A DNA stretch of 64,000 bases, taken from NCBI GenBank assembly GCA_013001685.1, contig JABDMD010000100.1, forward strand, positions 12,731 through 76,730, in the 5' to 3' direction. This stretch comes from Gammaproteobacteria bacterium. GTDB taxonomy: Bacteria > Pseudomonadota > Gammaproteobacteria > UBA4575. Below are positions 49,753 through 59,774 of this stretch, piece by piece. The notes below the pieces were generated by a model. The model saw nothing but the letters and a program-made list of their open reading frames with translations, did no database searches and had not been told where the DNA came from. The stretch's first letter is position 1. Each line of letters opens with the position of its first letter. A program made the position numbers and the translations under genes.

Positions 49753-50781
49753 ATGAATACAAATTTTATCTCTAAACTTTACTCCGCCATTGCCCTTGGC
49801 ATGTTGCTTATTGCGTCAGTTGTAAGTGCTACAGAAGTAAACATCTATTCTGCAAGAAAAGAAGATCTCATCAAGCCTATCTTGCAGGAATTTGAAAAAA
49901 AATCTGGCATTGAAGTTAACCTCATAACAGGTAAAGCAGATGCACTTTTGCAACGCTTAATTAGCGAAGGAAAAAACAGCCCAGCAGATATTTTAATTAC
50001 TACAGATGCGGGTCGTTTATATCGCGCAAAAAATGCCAACGTTCTACAAAGCATAACATCTGATGTTCTTGTAGATTCCATTCCAGAACAATATCGAGAC
50101 CCAGAAGGCTATTGGTATGGACTAACTCTTCGTGCACGCCCCATTGTGTATGCACTGGATCGTGTGAAGCCAGAACAACTCTCTACTTATGAAGCTCTAA
50201 CAGATTCAAAGTGGAAACAAAAAATATGCATTCGCTCTTCAGATAACATTTACAATCAATCTCTGATTGCTTCTTTTCTTGCTCATTGGGGTGAAGAAAA
50301 GACACTTGCATGGACAAGTTCATTAGTAAAAAACTTTGCCAGACCTCCTCAAGGTGGAGATCGCGACCAAATTAAAGCAGTTGCTTCAGGGCAGTGCGAT
50401 ATTGCCTTAGTGAATAATTATTATCTCGGCAATATGCTCACTTCTAAAGATGAATCTGAAGTTGAAGCCGCAAAAAAAGTAAAAATATATTGGCCTAATC
50501 AAGAAGACAGAGGCGCACATGTAAACATTAGTGGAGCGGCGATAACCACTTCTTCCAAAAACCAAGCCGCGGCAATTCAATTATTAGAGTATTTAGTAAG
50601 TGATACTACGCAACAATGGTATGCAGAAAAAAACCTTGAATATCCAATTAAACCTGGCATACAACCCAGTGAAATCCTTCAATCATGGGGCGAGTTTAAA
50701 GCCGACTCATTAAGCTTGCATCAACTTGGTGAATACAATGCCAAAGCAGTGATTATTATGGATCAGGCTCAATGGAAATAA
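49753..50781 (+). CDS. Fe(3+) ABC transporter substrate-binding protein
   Basis: Signal peptide. VNIYSARKEDLIKPIL and overall FbpA/AfuA-like sequence. Permease and ATPase genes follow. Confidence 0.85.
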   Translation: MNTNFISKLYSAIALGMLLIASVVSATEVNIYSARKEDLIKPILQEFEKKSGIEVNLITGKADALLQRLISEGKNSPADILITTDAGRLYRAKNANVLQSITSDVLVDSIPEQYRDPEGYWYGLTLRARPIVYALDRVKPEQLSTYEALTDSKWKQKICIRSSDNIYNQSLIASFLAHWGEEKTLAWTSSLVKNFARPPQGGDRDQIKAVASGQCDIALVNNYYLGNMLTSKDESEVEAAKKVKIYWPNQEDRGAHVNISGAAITTSSKNQAAAIQLLEYLVSDTTQQWYAEKNLEYPIKPGIQPSEILQSWGEFKADSLSLHQLGEYNAKAVIIMDQAQWK

Positions 50782-50799
50782 CGCATAATCAAAACAACT

Positions 50800-52476
50800 A
50801 TGAACGCGGTACAGGAAGTTAGTAATAAACAAATTCAGTTGCACAACTATTTGCAGCAAAAAAGCAACCTAGGCTGGATATTTGGAACCGTTTTAATTGC
50901 CTTACTGATAAGCATTCCTGTAGTTACCGTTTTATCTTCAGTATTTTTACCAAGTGGCGATGTATGGCAACATCTTAAATCTACCGTACTCACTGAATAC
51001 GTAAAAAATTCATTGCTACTAGTAGCTGGTGTAAGCACTGGCACACTCATCATTGGCATAACAACCGCATGGTTATGTAGCGTATGCGAATTTCCTGGCC
51101 GTAAAATTTTTAGTTGGCTACTACTCCTACCACTTGCCTTCCCACCTTACATCATCGCTTATACCTATACTGGTTTGCTGGATTTTGCTGGCCCAGTACA
51201 GAGCTTCTTGCGTGAACTATTTGGCTGGGGATATGGAGATTATTGGTTTCCAGAAATTCGATCTCTAGCTGGCGCAATTACGATGCTTTCTTTAGTGCTC
51301 TATCCATATATTTACTTACTTACGCGCACTGCTTTTTCAGAACAATCTGCGAGTTTTCGAGAAGCCAGCCATATTCTAGGCATAGGTCTGAGTAAAACGT
51401 TTTTAAAAGCTGCCTTACCTTTAGCCAGACCAGCAATTATTGCCGGCTTGACACTAGTGGTGATGGAAACGCTTGCAGACTATGGCACAGTAAAATATTT
51501 TGGCATTCCAACTTTTACTACAGGAATATTTCGCACTTGGTTTGGGCTTGGAGATCGCGTTGCAGCAACGCAATTAGCTAGCCTGTTATTACTATTTGTT
51601 TTTTTGGTAATCGTTATCGAACGATACAGTCGACAGCCTGAAAAATACCAAAACCTATCTAACGCACAAAAAAAATGGCGCTATCCTTTATCAGGCACTA
51701 ATGCTGCGTTAGCTATTTTTATCTGCCTAATACCAATTTTGTTAGGATTTATTATCCCGGCTCTACAGTTATTATCTTGGGCAATTAAAACTGCAGCAGA
51801 TATTATTAACAGCTCTTTTTTCGAATTGGTTTTTAATACCGTAAGACTTGCATTAGTCGTGGCAGCACTTGTGGTAGTTATAGCAACCTTCCTAGCCTAT
51901 GGAAAACGCGTAAGCAGTCATTTCGTCATCCCCTACATTGTTAACACTAGCGCCATGGGTTATGCCGTTCCAGGAATTATTATTGCAGTAGGCGTGCTAT
52001 TACCTTTCGCATGGTTTGATAATACATTCGATACCTGGTTAGAAAGCAATTTTGGATTATCAAGCGGCTTATTATTAACCGGCACGCTTGCAGCCTTAGT
52101 CTTCGCACATGTCGTACGCTTCATGGCTATAGGTTTGAATTCTGTAGATGCAAGTCTTGCTAAAATAAATCGTAATGTTGATGATGCAGCGCAATTACTT
52201 GGACATAAAACATTTGATCGCTTCTATAGAGTACATCTACCTTTGATTCGTAGCGGTGTGCTTACTGCAGCACTTTTAGTGTTTGTAGAAGTTATAAAAG
52301 AATTGCCTGCAACTTTAGTGCTACGTCCATTTAACTTTAATACTCTAGCAGTTCGAACTTATGAGTTGGCATCGGATGAGCGCTTAGCAGATTCTGCTTG
52401 CAGTGCATTGCTAATTGTTGCGGTTGGTATTTTGCCAATCTTAATATTAAATCGTTCCATTTCTAAGAGTCACTAA
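50800..52476 (+). CDS. Fe(3+) ABC transporter permease (duplicated domain)
   Basis: 558 aa, 12 TM, with two EAA-like loops (EASHILGIG..., DAAQLLGHK...). Confidence 0.85.
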   Translation: MNAVQEVSNKQIQLHNYLQQKSNLGWIFGTVLIALLISIPVVTVLSSVFLPSGDVWQHLKSTVLTEYVKNSLLLVAGVSTGTLIIGITTAWLCSVCEFPGRKIFSWLLLLPLAFPPYIIAYTYTGLLDFAGPVQSFLRELFGWGYGDYWFPEIRSLAGAITMLSLVLYPYIYLLTRTAFSEQSASFREASHILGIGLSKTFLKAALPLARPAIIAGLTLVVMETLADYGTVKYFGIPTFTTGIFRTWFGLGDRVAATQLASLLLLFVFLVIVIERYSRQPEKYQNLSNAQKKWRYPLSGTNAALAIFICLIPILLGFIIPALQLLSWAIKTAADIINSSFFELVFNTVRLALVVAALVVVIATFLAYGKRVSSHFVIPYIVNTSAMGYAVPGIIIAVGVLLPFAWFDNTFDTWLESNFGLSSGLLLTGTLAALVFAHVVRFMAIGLNSVDASLAKINRNVDDAAQLLGHKTFDRFYRVHLPLIRSGVLTAALLVFVEVIKELPATLVLRPFNFNTLAVRTYELASDERLADSACSALLIVAVGILPILILNRSISKSH

Positions 52477-52491
52477 TACCAGAACTTAAAT

Positions 52492-53553
52492 ATGAATGAG
52501 CATGACATGACCCCAAGACTGGATGTACGCAATGTAAGTGTCTCATTACAAAATAAAAAAATATTGCGTGCTGTTTCTTTGCAATTACAACAAGGTCAAA
52601 TCGCATCAATACTGGGCCCTAGCGGTTGCGGGAAAACGACTTTACTACGGGCGCTTGCAGGGTTTCAGCCAGTTTCAAGTGGTGAGATATATGTACACAA
52701 CAAATTATTTAGCAAACTAGGGTATTCGCTAGCTCCAGAAAATCGTCATATTGGTATGATGTTTCAAGACTTAGCGTTGTTTCCACATTTAACCGTAGAA
52801 CAAAATATTAGTTTTGGTCTTAAGTCACTTAAAAAAAGTGAACAACAGTTAAGAATTAAACATGTACTGGAATTAACTGAACTCAACCGGCAAGATAAAA
52901 AATATCCACATCAATTATCAGGCGGCCAACAACAACGTGTTGCCTTGGCGCGTGCACTTGCACCTAAACCAGAAATCCTTTTACTCGATGAACCATTTTC
53001 TAGTTTAGATCCCGACCTAAGAGAGCAGGTTGCGACAGAAGTCCGCAAAATTCTTAAACATGAAAATGTAACTGCAGTTTTGGTAACGCATGATCAACAC
53101 GAAGCTTTTGCCATGGCCGACGAAGTTGGTGTTATGGAAAGTGGCAACATCGCTCAGTGGGACAGTGCCTACAACATTTACCATAAACCTAAAACCCGCT
53201 TTGTTGCAGACTTTGTTGGTTTAGGCAGTATGGTGCCTGCAACTGTAGTAAACGAAGACACATTAGATACAGAATTTGGCCAAGTAAAAGGATCCCTAAA
53301 CGGTGCACATAACATTGGCGATAAGCTTGATCTACTAGTCCGACCCGATGATATTCCACATGATGACACTAGCCATATCACAGCATTAGTTGAAGAAAAG
53401 CGTTTTCGAGGCGCAGAATTTCTCTACAAATTACGCCTTCAAAGCGGTAATTACGTGCTTTGTTACGCACCCAGCCACCATAATCACAAAATCGGTGAAC
53501 CGATAGGTATCAAACTCGACTTAGAACATTTGGTGGTTTTCCCTCAAGATTGA
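52492..53553 (+). CDS. Fe(3+) ABC transporter ATP-binding protein
   Basis: Walker A GPSGCGKTT, signature LSGGQQQRVALARAL, Walker B LLLDEPFS, and a C-terminal TOBE-like domain. Confidence 0.9.
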   Translation: MNEHDMTPRLDVRNVSVSLQNKKILRAVSLQLQQGQIASILGPSGCGKTTLLRALAGFQPVSSGEIYVHNKLFSKLGYSLAPENRHIGMMFQDLALFPHLTVEQNISFGLKSLKKSEQQLRIKHVLELTELNRQDKKYPHQLSGGQQQRVALARALAPKPEILLLDEPFSSLDPDLREQVATEVRKILKHENVTAVLVTHDQHEAFAMADEVGVMESGNIAQWDSAYNIYHKPKTRFVADFVGLGSMVPATVVNEDTLDTEFGQVKGSLNGAHNIGDKLDLLVRPDDIPHDDTSHITALVEEKRFRGAEFLYKLRLQSGNYVLCYAPSHHNHKIGEPIGIKLDLEHLVVFPQD

Positions 53554-53675
53554 TCTCACGAAAAACACTCAAATTCCCTAATCAATGACTTAGCTACTGG
53601 TCATAAAATTGGACTTGACCTTAGAGACATAAACCCCAACAATTATGAGGAAGATGCTAACTAGAGGAGTCAAGC

Positions 53676-54047
53676 ATGAGACTTAGTAAATCCCTAATTT
53701 ACCTATTAATACTTACATTTATATTTGTACAAATTTCACCCGCAGTAGCTGGGATAGTTGGAACCGATAGTTTCTTGTCTGAACAAACTATTCAGCAAGA
53801 CCGTGAAAACCTACGCGCACTTATGTCGCGTAGCGAAGTACGCTCATTACTAGCAAGCAATGGCCTTACAGTTGCACAAGCTCAAGAGCGAGTAGATTCG
53901 CTAACAGACAAAGAAGTGAGTCAAATGGCTAAGCAATTTGATGAGTTACCTGCTGCTGGTGATGCATGGGTAGTTGTATTAGTCATAGCATTGGTCGTAG
54001 TTATACTAGAACTAGCCGGAATAACTGATATATTTACGGGGCTTTGA
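53676..54047 (+). CDS. PA2779-family small protein (signal peptide + C-terminal TM)
   Basis: 123 aa. LRALMSRSEVRSLLASNGLTVAQAQERVDSLTDKEVSQMAKQFDELPAAGD matches my memory of the PA2779 family. It is paired with a C39-like peptidase. Confidence 0.55.
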   Translation: MRLSKSLIYLLILTFIFVQISPAVAGIVGTDSFLSEQTIQQDRENLRALMSRSEVRSLLASNGLTVAQAQERVDSLTDKEVSQMAKQFDELPAAGDAWVVVLVIALVVVILELAGITDIFTGL

Positions 54048-55054
54048 TCAACAGTAAGATATTTTTGATATTAAAAAATGCCCGCTTTTTTGCGGGCATT
54101 TTTTTGTTCTTAATTTTCCTTTCTGCATGCGTTGCGCCACAAAGTAAGCAACTACAACTTGAACGTCCAAGAGATCTTCCCACCAAGGCGTATATAGAAA
54201 ACGTACCTTTTTACCCGCAAAAACAATTTCATTGCGGACCCTCCACCTTAGCAATGGCGATGAATTTTTATGGCAAAAAATTAACACCTAAAGAGCTGGC
54301 CAAAGATGTATTCACTCCAGGACGTAAAGGTAGTTTACAATCTGAAATGAAAGCAGCAGTACGAAAACGTGGGATGCTTGCTTACGAACTCACCCCGGAA
54401 TTAGTCTATTTACTTGCCGAAGTTTCTGTAGGACATCCAGTTATTATTTTACAAAATAAAGCTGTCAAATATTATCCTATCTGGCATTACGCATTAGTCA
54501 TTGGTTATGACTTAAATAAAAAACAAATCTATCTACACTCAGGACTTAACAAAAATTACGTTGTTTCGATGAGCGTTTTTGAATTTACTTGGAAACGCTC
54601 TAATCGCTGGGCCATGACCGTATTACCTACAGACACATTGCCCAATGACCGCAATCTAATAAATGTACTGCAAGCAGCTGTAGATCTTGAAGAAGTAGGA
54701 CAAATCGAAGCCGCTAATCAAACGTATCAAACTATTACCAAACGTTGGCCAAATAGTCTCGTTGCGGTAATGGGTGCTGCCAATTCGCATCTGACACTTG
54801 GCAATCCTGAAAATGCCACTTCATATTATTTGCGAGCACTTGAGTTAAAACCAAAACGAGCCGATATCTATAACAACCTCGCCTATAGCCTGCTAGGACA
54901 GTCCTGCTATCAGTCATCATTAAGCTCAATTCAATGTGCAATTTCTTTAGATTCCAACAATCCTGAATTTCTCGATTCGCAGCGCGAAATCAGCCAATCA
55001 AAAAACAAATCAAACTTGAAATCATGCCCAAAAATTACTTGCCCTGCGCAATAA
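54044..55054 (+). CDS. PA2778-family C39-like cysteine peptidase with TPR repeats (lipoprotein)
   Basis: Lipobox LSAC, the papain/C39-like nucleophile region QKQFHCGPSTLAMAMNFYG, later HYALVIGYD, and C-terminal TPR-like repeats. The TTG start overlaps the upstream stop. Confidence 0.6.
   Translation: MINSKIFLILKNARFFAGIFLFLIFLSACVAPQSKQLQLERPRDLPTKAYIENVPFYPQKQFHCGPSTLAMAMNFYGKKLTPKELAKDVFTPGRKGSLQSEMKAAVRKRGMLAYELTPELVYLLAEVSVGHPVIILQNKAVKYYPIWHYALVIGYDLNKKQIYLHSGLNKNYVVSMSVFEFTWKRSNRWAMTVLPTDTLPNDRNLINVLQAAVDLEEVGQIEAANQTYQTITKRWPNSLVAVMGAANSHLTLGNPENATSYYLRALELKPKRADIYNNLAYSLLGQSCYQSSLSSIQCAISLDSNNPEFLDSQREISQSKNKSNLKSCPKITCPAQ
54073..54104. terminator. Strong terminator-like hairpin embedded in the signal-peptide codons of the peptidase gene
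   Basis: aaaaaatgcccgc-tttttt-gcgggcatttttt has a GC core stem with an A-tract upstream and a T-tract downstream. It begins 26 nt after the PA2779-like stop. Confidence 0.5.
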
Positions 55055-55139
55055 AGTCATCCACAAAAAATTAACCCCATAAGCTGACACCAAGTAGTGT
55101 TTGCATCTACACTATGTAGCTCAAAAACCTCTGCATGGT

Positions 55140-56837
55140 GTGAAAGTGACCAAACAAACTAAAAACAAACAAACCAGAAAATATTCCTCTATCGTTGTCG
55201 ATGGTGTTGAGCGCTCACCTAGCAGGGCAATGTTACGTGCAGTGGGATTTGAAGATGCAGACTTTAACAAACCTCAAATTGGAATCGCTTCAACCTGGAG
55301 CATGGTTACCCCATGCAATATGCACATCAATAAACTTGCTGAGGAAGCAGCAAAGGGCGCCAACCAAGCTGGCGGCAAAGCAGTAATCTTTAATACCATT
55401 ACTATTTCCGATGGTATTTCTATGGGCACTGAGGGCATGAAGTATTCATTGGTATCTCGAGAAGTGATTGCCGATTCAATTGAAACCGTAGCAGGATGTG
55501 AAGGTTTTGATGGCGTCGTCACTATTGGTGGTTGTGACAAAAACATGCCTGGATGTTTAATTGCCTTAGCTCGCTTAAATCGCCCTTGTGTGTTCGTTTA
55601 TGGCGGCACCATCATGCCGGGCAATTACAAGAACACTAAAATAGATGTGGTTTCAGTTTTCGAAGCTGTAGGACAACATGCTAAACACGAACTAAACGAC
55701 CAGGAATTAAAGCAAGTCGAATCAACAGCCATTCCTGGTGCCGGGTCTTGTGGTGGTATGTACACAGCAAACACTATGGCCTCAGCGATTGAAGCTTTAG
55801 GTATGAGTTTACCTAATAGCTCCGCACAAAATGCCATCTCAAATGATAAGAAAAATGATTGCATTGCGGCAGGCAAAGCGGTGATGAATTTAGTTAAGCA
55901 AAATATTTTGCCAAAAGACATCATGACTAAAAAAGCATTCCAGAATGCAATTACAGTGCTGATTGCCTTAGGAGGCTCAACAAACGCAGTATTACATTTA
56001 CTAGCGATGGCGCATGCCATAGGCGTGAAGCTTTCTATAGATGAGTTCACGCGTGTTGGCAAGAAAGTTCCCGTACTTGCAGATCTACGCCCAAGCGGTA
56101 AATACATGATGTCGGAACTAATCGAAATAGGCGGCATACAACCGCTAATGAAAATGCTTTTAGACAAAGGGCTATTGCATGGAGACTGCTTAACTGTAAC
56201 CGGTAAAACATTAGCTGAAAATTTAAAGAACGTTAAACATTATCCAAAATCTCAAGATATCGTACATAGCTTTGACGACCCAATTAAAAAAGACAGTCAC
56301 TTAGTCATACTTTATGGCAACTTAGCACCAGAGGGTGCGGTAGCAAAAATCTCAGGCAAGGAAGGTTTAAGCTTTACCGGTAAAGCTCGTGTATTTGCAT
56401 CAGAAGAAAAAGCTTTAGAAAAAATTCTTGATGGTAGCGTGAAAAAAGGCGATGTAATTGTAATACGTTATGAAGGCCCACAAGGTGGACCGGGTATGCG
56501 TGAAATGTTGTCGCCCACTTCTGCAATCATGGGTAAAGGTCTTGGCAAAGATGTTGCACTCATTACTGATGGCCGCTTCTCAGGTGGCAGCCATGGCTTT
56601 GTAGTGGGACACATCACGCCCGAAGCGGCAGTAGGCGGACCACTCGCGTTCATTAAAAACGGTGACCAAATAACCATCGATGCACAAAAACGCGAAATTA
56701 ATGTGGCCCTTTCGAAAAAAGAACTTAGTCTGCGAAAAAAGAAATGGGTCGCACCAAAACCCCGTTATAAACGTGGGGTTTTAGCAAAATATGCAGCGCA
56801 AGTATCCTCTGCATCTCTAGGCGCAGTCACCGATTAG
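55140..56837 (+). CDS. ilvD: Dihydroxy-acid dehydratase
   Basis: [14 protein letters not shown], the CDKNMPG Fe-S ligand region, and C-terminal [12 protein letters not shown]. The start is uncertain (GTG at 55140 or 55146; the ORF opens at TTG 55101). Confidence 0.9.
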   Translation: MKVTKQTKNKQTRKYSSIVVDGVERSPSRAMLRAVGFEDADFNKPQIGIASTWSMVTPCNMHINKLAEEAAKGANQAGGKAVIFNTITISDGISMGTEGMKYSLVSREVIADSIETVAGCEGFDGVVTIGGCDKNMPGCLIALARLNRPCVFVYGGTIMPGNYKNTKIDVVSVFEAVGQHAKHELNDQELKQVESTAIPGAGSCGGMYTANTMASAIEALGMSLPNSSAQNAISNDKKNDCIAAGKAVMNLVKQNILPKDIMTKKAFQNAITVLIALGGSTNAVLHLLAMAHAIGVKLSIDEFTRVGKKVPVLADLRPSGKYMMSELIEIGGIQPLMKMLLDKGLLHGDCLTVTGKTLAENLKNVKHYPKSQDIVHSFDDPIKKDSHLVILYGNLAPEGAVAKISGKEGLSFTGKARVFASEEKALEKILDGSVKKGDVIVIRYEGPQGGPGMREMLSPTSAIMGKGLGKDVALITDGRFSGGSHGFVVGHITPEAAVGGPLAFIKNGDQITIDAQKREINVALSKKELSLRKKKWVAPKPRYKRGVLAKYAAQVSSASLGAVTD

Positions 56838-56963
56838 TCTGAGAAAGCACTTTAAGCATCTATCTATAAAGCACAAATTGTCAGGCGCGAAATAAGTAGA
56901 TAGGATTGCCCGTTCTGATTATGACCACTTAAGTATTATCACTAAAACTTTAAGGAGCTGTCG

Positions 56964-57602
56964 ATGGCGACATTATTATCCCCCGAAGAACTAGAAAAAG
57001 TAATGGAGCGCAAAAACAAAATGCGTCGTGAAGCATATGACCGTCGTGCTGCTCAAGAAAACAAAGAGGAAGTTAGTGCAAAAGCCGTTGCAAATTTCAT
57101 GGCACTTCCAGAATACCAAAAAGCTAAGGTTGCTATGTGGTACATCGATTGCCGCTCTGAGACACGTACTAAAAATGAGTTATTAGAAGAAGTTAAAAAA
57201 GGCGAAAAGAAAATTATCGTGCCTTATTGCACTGAAGATGAAAATGGCGAAAATAAGCTTGGCCTTTGGTGGATGGAAAGCTTAGAAGAAATGGTTGTCG
57301 GCAAATGGGATATTCTTGAGCCGCCAAAAGAATTATGGGGCAATCCTGAAAAAGAAGTTACTCCAGAAGAAATCGATATCATCATGGTCCCAGGTACTGG
57401 TTTTGATAAAATGGGCGGCCGCATGGGTAATGGTCAAGGTTACTATGACCGACTACTTGAGCAACTTCGTCCTGATTGTCCATTGGTAGCGCTATGTTAT
57501 GAGTCACAATTATTTGATGAAATTCTTGTTGCCCCTCATGATGTGTTCATGGACAAAGTCGTAACTGAAGCCGGCGTATACGAAGGCAAAGGACGAGGAT
57601 AA
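56964..57602 (+). CDS. 5-formyltetrahydrofolate cyclo-ligase family protein
   Basis: GTGFDKMGGRMGNGQGYYDR and the C-terminal PHDVFMD motif are typical of the 5-FCL family. AAGGAG lies upstream of the ATG. Confidence 0.8.
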   Translation: MATLLSPEELEKVMERKNKMRREAYDRRAAQENKEEVSAKAVANFMALPEYQKAKVAMWYIDCRSETRTKNELLEEVKKGEKKIIVPYCTEDENGENKLGLWWMESLEEMVVGKWDILEPPKELWGNPEKEVTPEEIDIIMVPGTGFDKMGGRMGNGQGYYDRLLEQLRPDCPLVALCYESQLFDEILVAPHDVFMDKVVTEAGVYEGKGRG

Positions 57603-57605
57603 TCC

Positions 57606-58529
57606 ATGGCAGCAAAAATTGATGATACTTATGCAGAAGCGTTTAAAAGCCTCTACACCGAATTTTTAATCACGGCACGTGATCGCAAATGGTTAGACCA
57701 TGCAGTCAACGCATGTACTGGTAACGCTTCCAGCTCAATTTTATGCGATTGTGAAGCCGGTATGGATCGATATGTAGGTCCAGGTGGTGACGAAAGTTTT
57801 GAAACACCTGATGGCCGCCCTGGTGCAATTGTGCAATTACACGTTCCTCGTTTTCGTAAAGATCGTGTAGAAGCATTAGAAAAATCTGCATTAGTGCGAA
57901 TTAGTCAAAACGTAATGACTTGTCCTACTGCTTCATGTTTTAACTTGGTTGATTCCGAAGAGTATTACCATATGGGTCGCAAAGTTGCGTACTTCGGTAA
58001 CGGTTATCAAAAACGCATTGAGCGCTTTGGTCGTAAGATGTGGTGGATTCCGATTTTAGGAGGAGAATTCATTTTAGACCGTCGTCTTGGTTATACGGAT
58101 GGACTTATGGGTGGCAACCTTTGGTTCTTTGGCGACAGCGTAGATTCTGCACTTCTTGCAGCAGAGAAAGGTGTTGAAGCTATCCTTCCTATGCCTGGCG
58201 TGATCACAACTTTCCCCGGCGGAATCGCTGGTAGTGGTTCTAAGGCTGGAAGTAATTATGACTTCACCATTGCAAGTACTTACGAAAAATTCTGCCCACT
58301 CTTGCAAGACGATCCTACCGTTGAAGCTGGATTACCTGAAGGCGTGAACAGCGTGATGGAAATCATCATGAACGGTCAAGGTATGCAACCTATCATTGAT
58401 GCTACACAAGCTGCGATCAAAGCTTCTGTGGACACACCAGGACTGATTATGATTTCTGCTGGTAACTATAATGGGCGTTTAGGCAAGAGCTTTATCTATC
58501 TAGATCCTAGTAAACAACCTGCAGAATAA
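57606..58529 (+). CDS. Formylmethanofuran:tetrahydromethanopterin formyltransferase homologue (Ftr/FhcD)
   Basis: Collinear with archaeal Ftr/FhcD as I recall them: IDDTYAEAF, ETPDGRPGA, MTCPTAS, IPILGGEF, FPGGIAGSGSK, ISAGNYNGRLGK. Its 307 aa is full length for the family. Confidence 0.85.
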   Translation: MAAKIDDTYAEAFKSLYTEFLITARDRKWLDHAVNACTGNASSSILCDCEAGMDRYVGPGGDESFETPDGRPGAIVQLHVPRFRKDRVEALEKSALVRISQNVMTCPTASCFNLVDSEEYYHMGRKVAYFGNGYQKRIERFGRKMWWIPILGGEFILDRRLGYTDGLMGGNLWFFGDSVDSALLAAEKGVEAILPMPGVITTFPGGIAGSGSKAGSNYDFTIASTYEKFCPLLQDDPTVEAGLPEGVNSVMEIIMNGQGMQPIIDATQAAIKASVDTPGLIMISAGNYNGRLGKSFIYLDPSKQPAE

Positions 58530-58550
58530 ATAAGCATCACTTGTATACAT

Positions 58551-58578
58551 AAAGCCGCTACTTCTAGCGGCTTTTTTG
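58551..58578 (+). terminator. Rho-independent terminator after the Ftr-like gene
   Basis: aaagccgcta-cttc-tagcggcttt is followed by a T-run. Confidence 0.75.
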
Positions 58579-58655
58579 TTTCAGACTATTTTTTCACTTA
58601 ACTTGTTATAGGAACCTACCTATCCTAAACGCATGTTCTAAAGCATAATATTCAC

Positions 58656-59534
58656 ATGACTACAGCTTTCGAGAAAACTCCAGGTGGCGCAATTCTAATG
58701 AACGGTAATGTGGTTGCTGAAAAAATACAGACCAACATTGCAAGTACGCTTTCCAAAAATCCAAATGCAAACCTCACCCTTGCCACAGTTTTAATTGGCA
58801 ATGATCCTGCCAGCAAACTTTATGTTGGTATGAAAGAAAAACGTGCCGCAGCCATTGGTATCCATTCCAAGCATGTTGAACTCGCTGGAGATATTTCCAT
58901 GCAACAGGCATGTGAAGAAATTACCAAGCTTGCAAATGATCCGAATATTCATGGCATCCTGATTCAATTACCATTACCTACGCAGGTCGACACACACAGG
59001 ATCATCGATCTACTACCACCAGAAAAAGATGTTGATGGTTTAAGTGAAAATAATCTTGGCAAACTCATGCGTGGTGAACCCGGTTTAGTACCCTGCACAC
59101 CTCTAGGCGTGATGCGCATACTTGAACATTATGAAATTTCTACTAGTGGCAAACACGCAGTGGTGATCGGTCGTTCTACTTTAGTTGGACTACCACAAGT
59201 TTTGTTATTAGGACGTAAAGGAACAGATGCCACGGTAACCTTGGCCCATTCACGTAGTGGTGATATAGGTGAATACACTAAGTCTGCAGATATCGTAGTT
59301 GCCGCTGCTGGTATTGCACATCTTATTAAACAGGAACACATTAAGCCCGGTGCCGCAGTGATTGATGTAGGTGTAACACGCACAGATGCAGGTATTCGTG
59401 GCGATGTAGATTTTGATGCGGTGCAAAATGTTGCTGGAGCGATCACCCCTATGCCAGGAGGAACAGGACCAATGACTGTTGCCTGTTTACTTGAAAACAC
59501 TTTGTATGCGGCGAAGCTACAAAACGCAATTTAG
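58656..59534 (+). CDS. folD: Bifunctional methylene-THF dehydrogenase / methenyl-THF cyclohydrolase
   Basis: LATVLIGNDPASKLYVGMKEK, HGILIQLPLP and PGGTGPMTVACLLENT are canonical FolD motifs. Confidence 0.9.
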   Translation: MTTAFEKTPGGAILMNGNVVAEKIQTNIASTLSKNPNANLTLATVLIGNDPASKLYVGMKEKRAAAIGIHSKHVELAGDISMQQACEEITKLANDPNIHGILIQLPLPTQVDTHRIIDLLPPEKDVDGLSENNLGKLMRGEPGLVPCTPLGVMRILEHYEISTSGKHAVVIGRSTLVGLPQVLLLGRKGTDATVTLAHSRSGDIGEYTKSADIVVAAAGIAHLIKQEHIKPGAAVIDVGVTRTDAGIRGDVDFDAVQNVAGAITPMPGGTGPMTVACLLENTLYAAKLQNAI

Positions 59535-59774
59535 GTAAAAGTTAGACGATCTCATGCTAGATAACACTTAAAACGTATTAATTTCTCTATAATACCCAAC
59601 TCGTAATATGCAAATGGCTTGAGCCACTTTAGGGCTTATGGCAAGATGCCTGACTTTTCGCGCAACTTGTTTGTGCGTAAATATATTGGCAGCACCGGCC
59701 AACTCGAATAAAAACAATATGCAGCTGGGCTACTTCTAACTTAAACATTGATCTCACATATAAAGGTTCTCGTA

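Noticed and set aside
55625-56167. 180-aa minus-strand ORF, plus 55274-55546 and 56468-56677
   Set aside because: They are antisense to ilvD, whose identity is unambiguous. These are typical shadow ORFs.
58530-58655. ZTP, THF or glycine riboswitch upstream of folD, the 5-FCL-like gene or sga
   Set aside because: I saw none of the conserved cores I know (for example CCGCCTGGG for ZTP, GGAGAG…ACCGAAGG for glycine) in these leaders.
59129-59500. 123-aa ORF antisense to folD; similarly 63061-63426 and 63414-63838 antisense to mtkA/mtkB, and 61144-61329 and 61780-62040 antisense to mcl
   Set aside because: These are shadow ORFs inside strongly supported genes.
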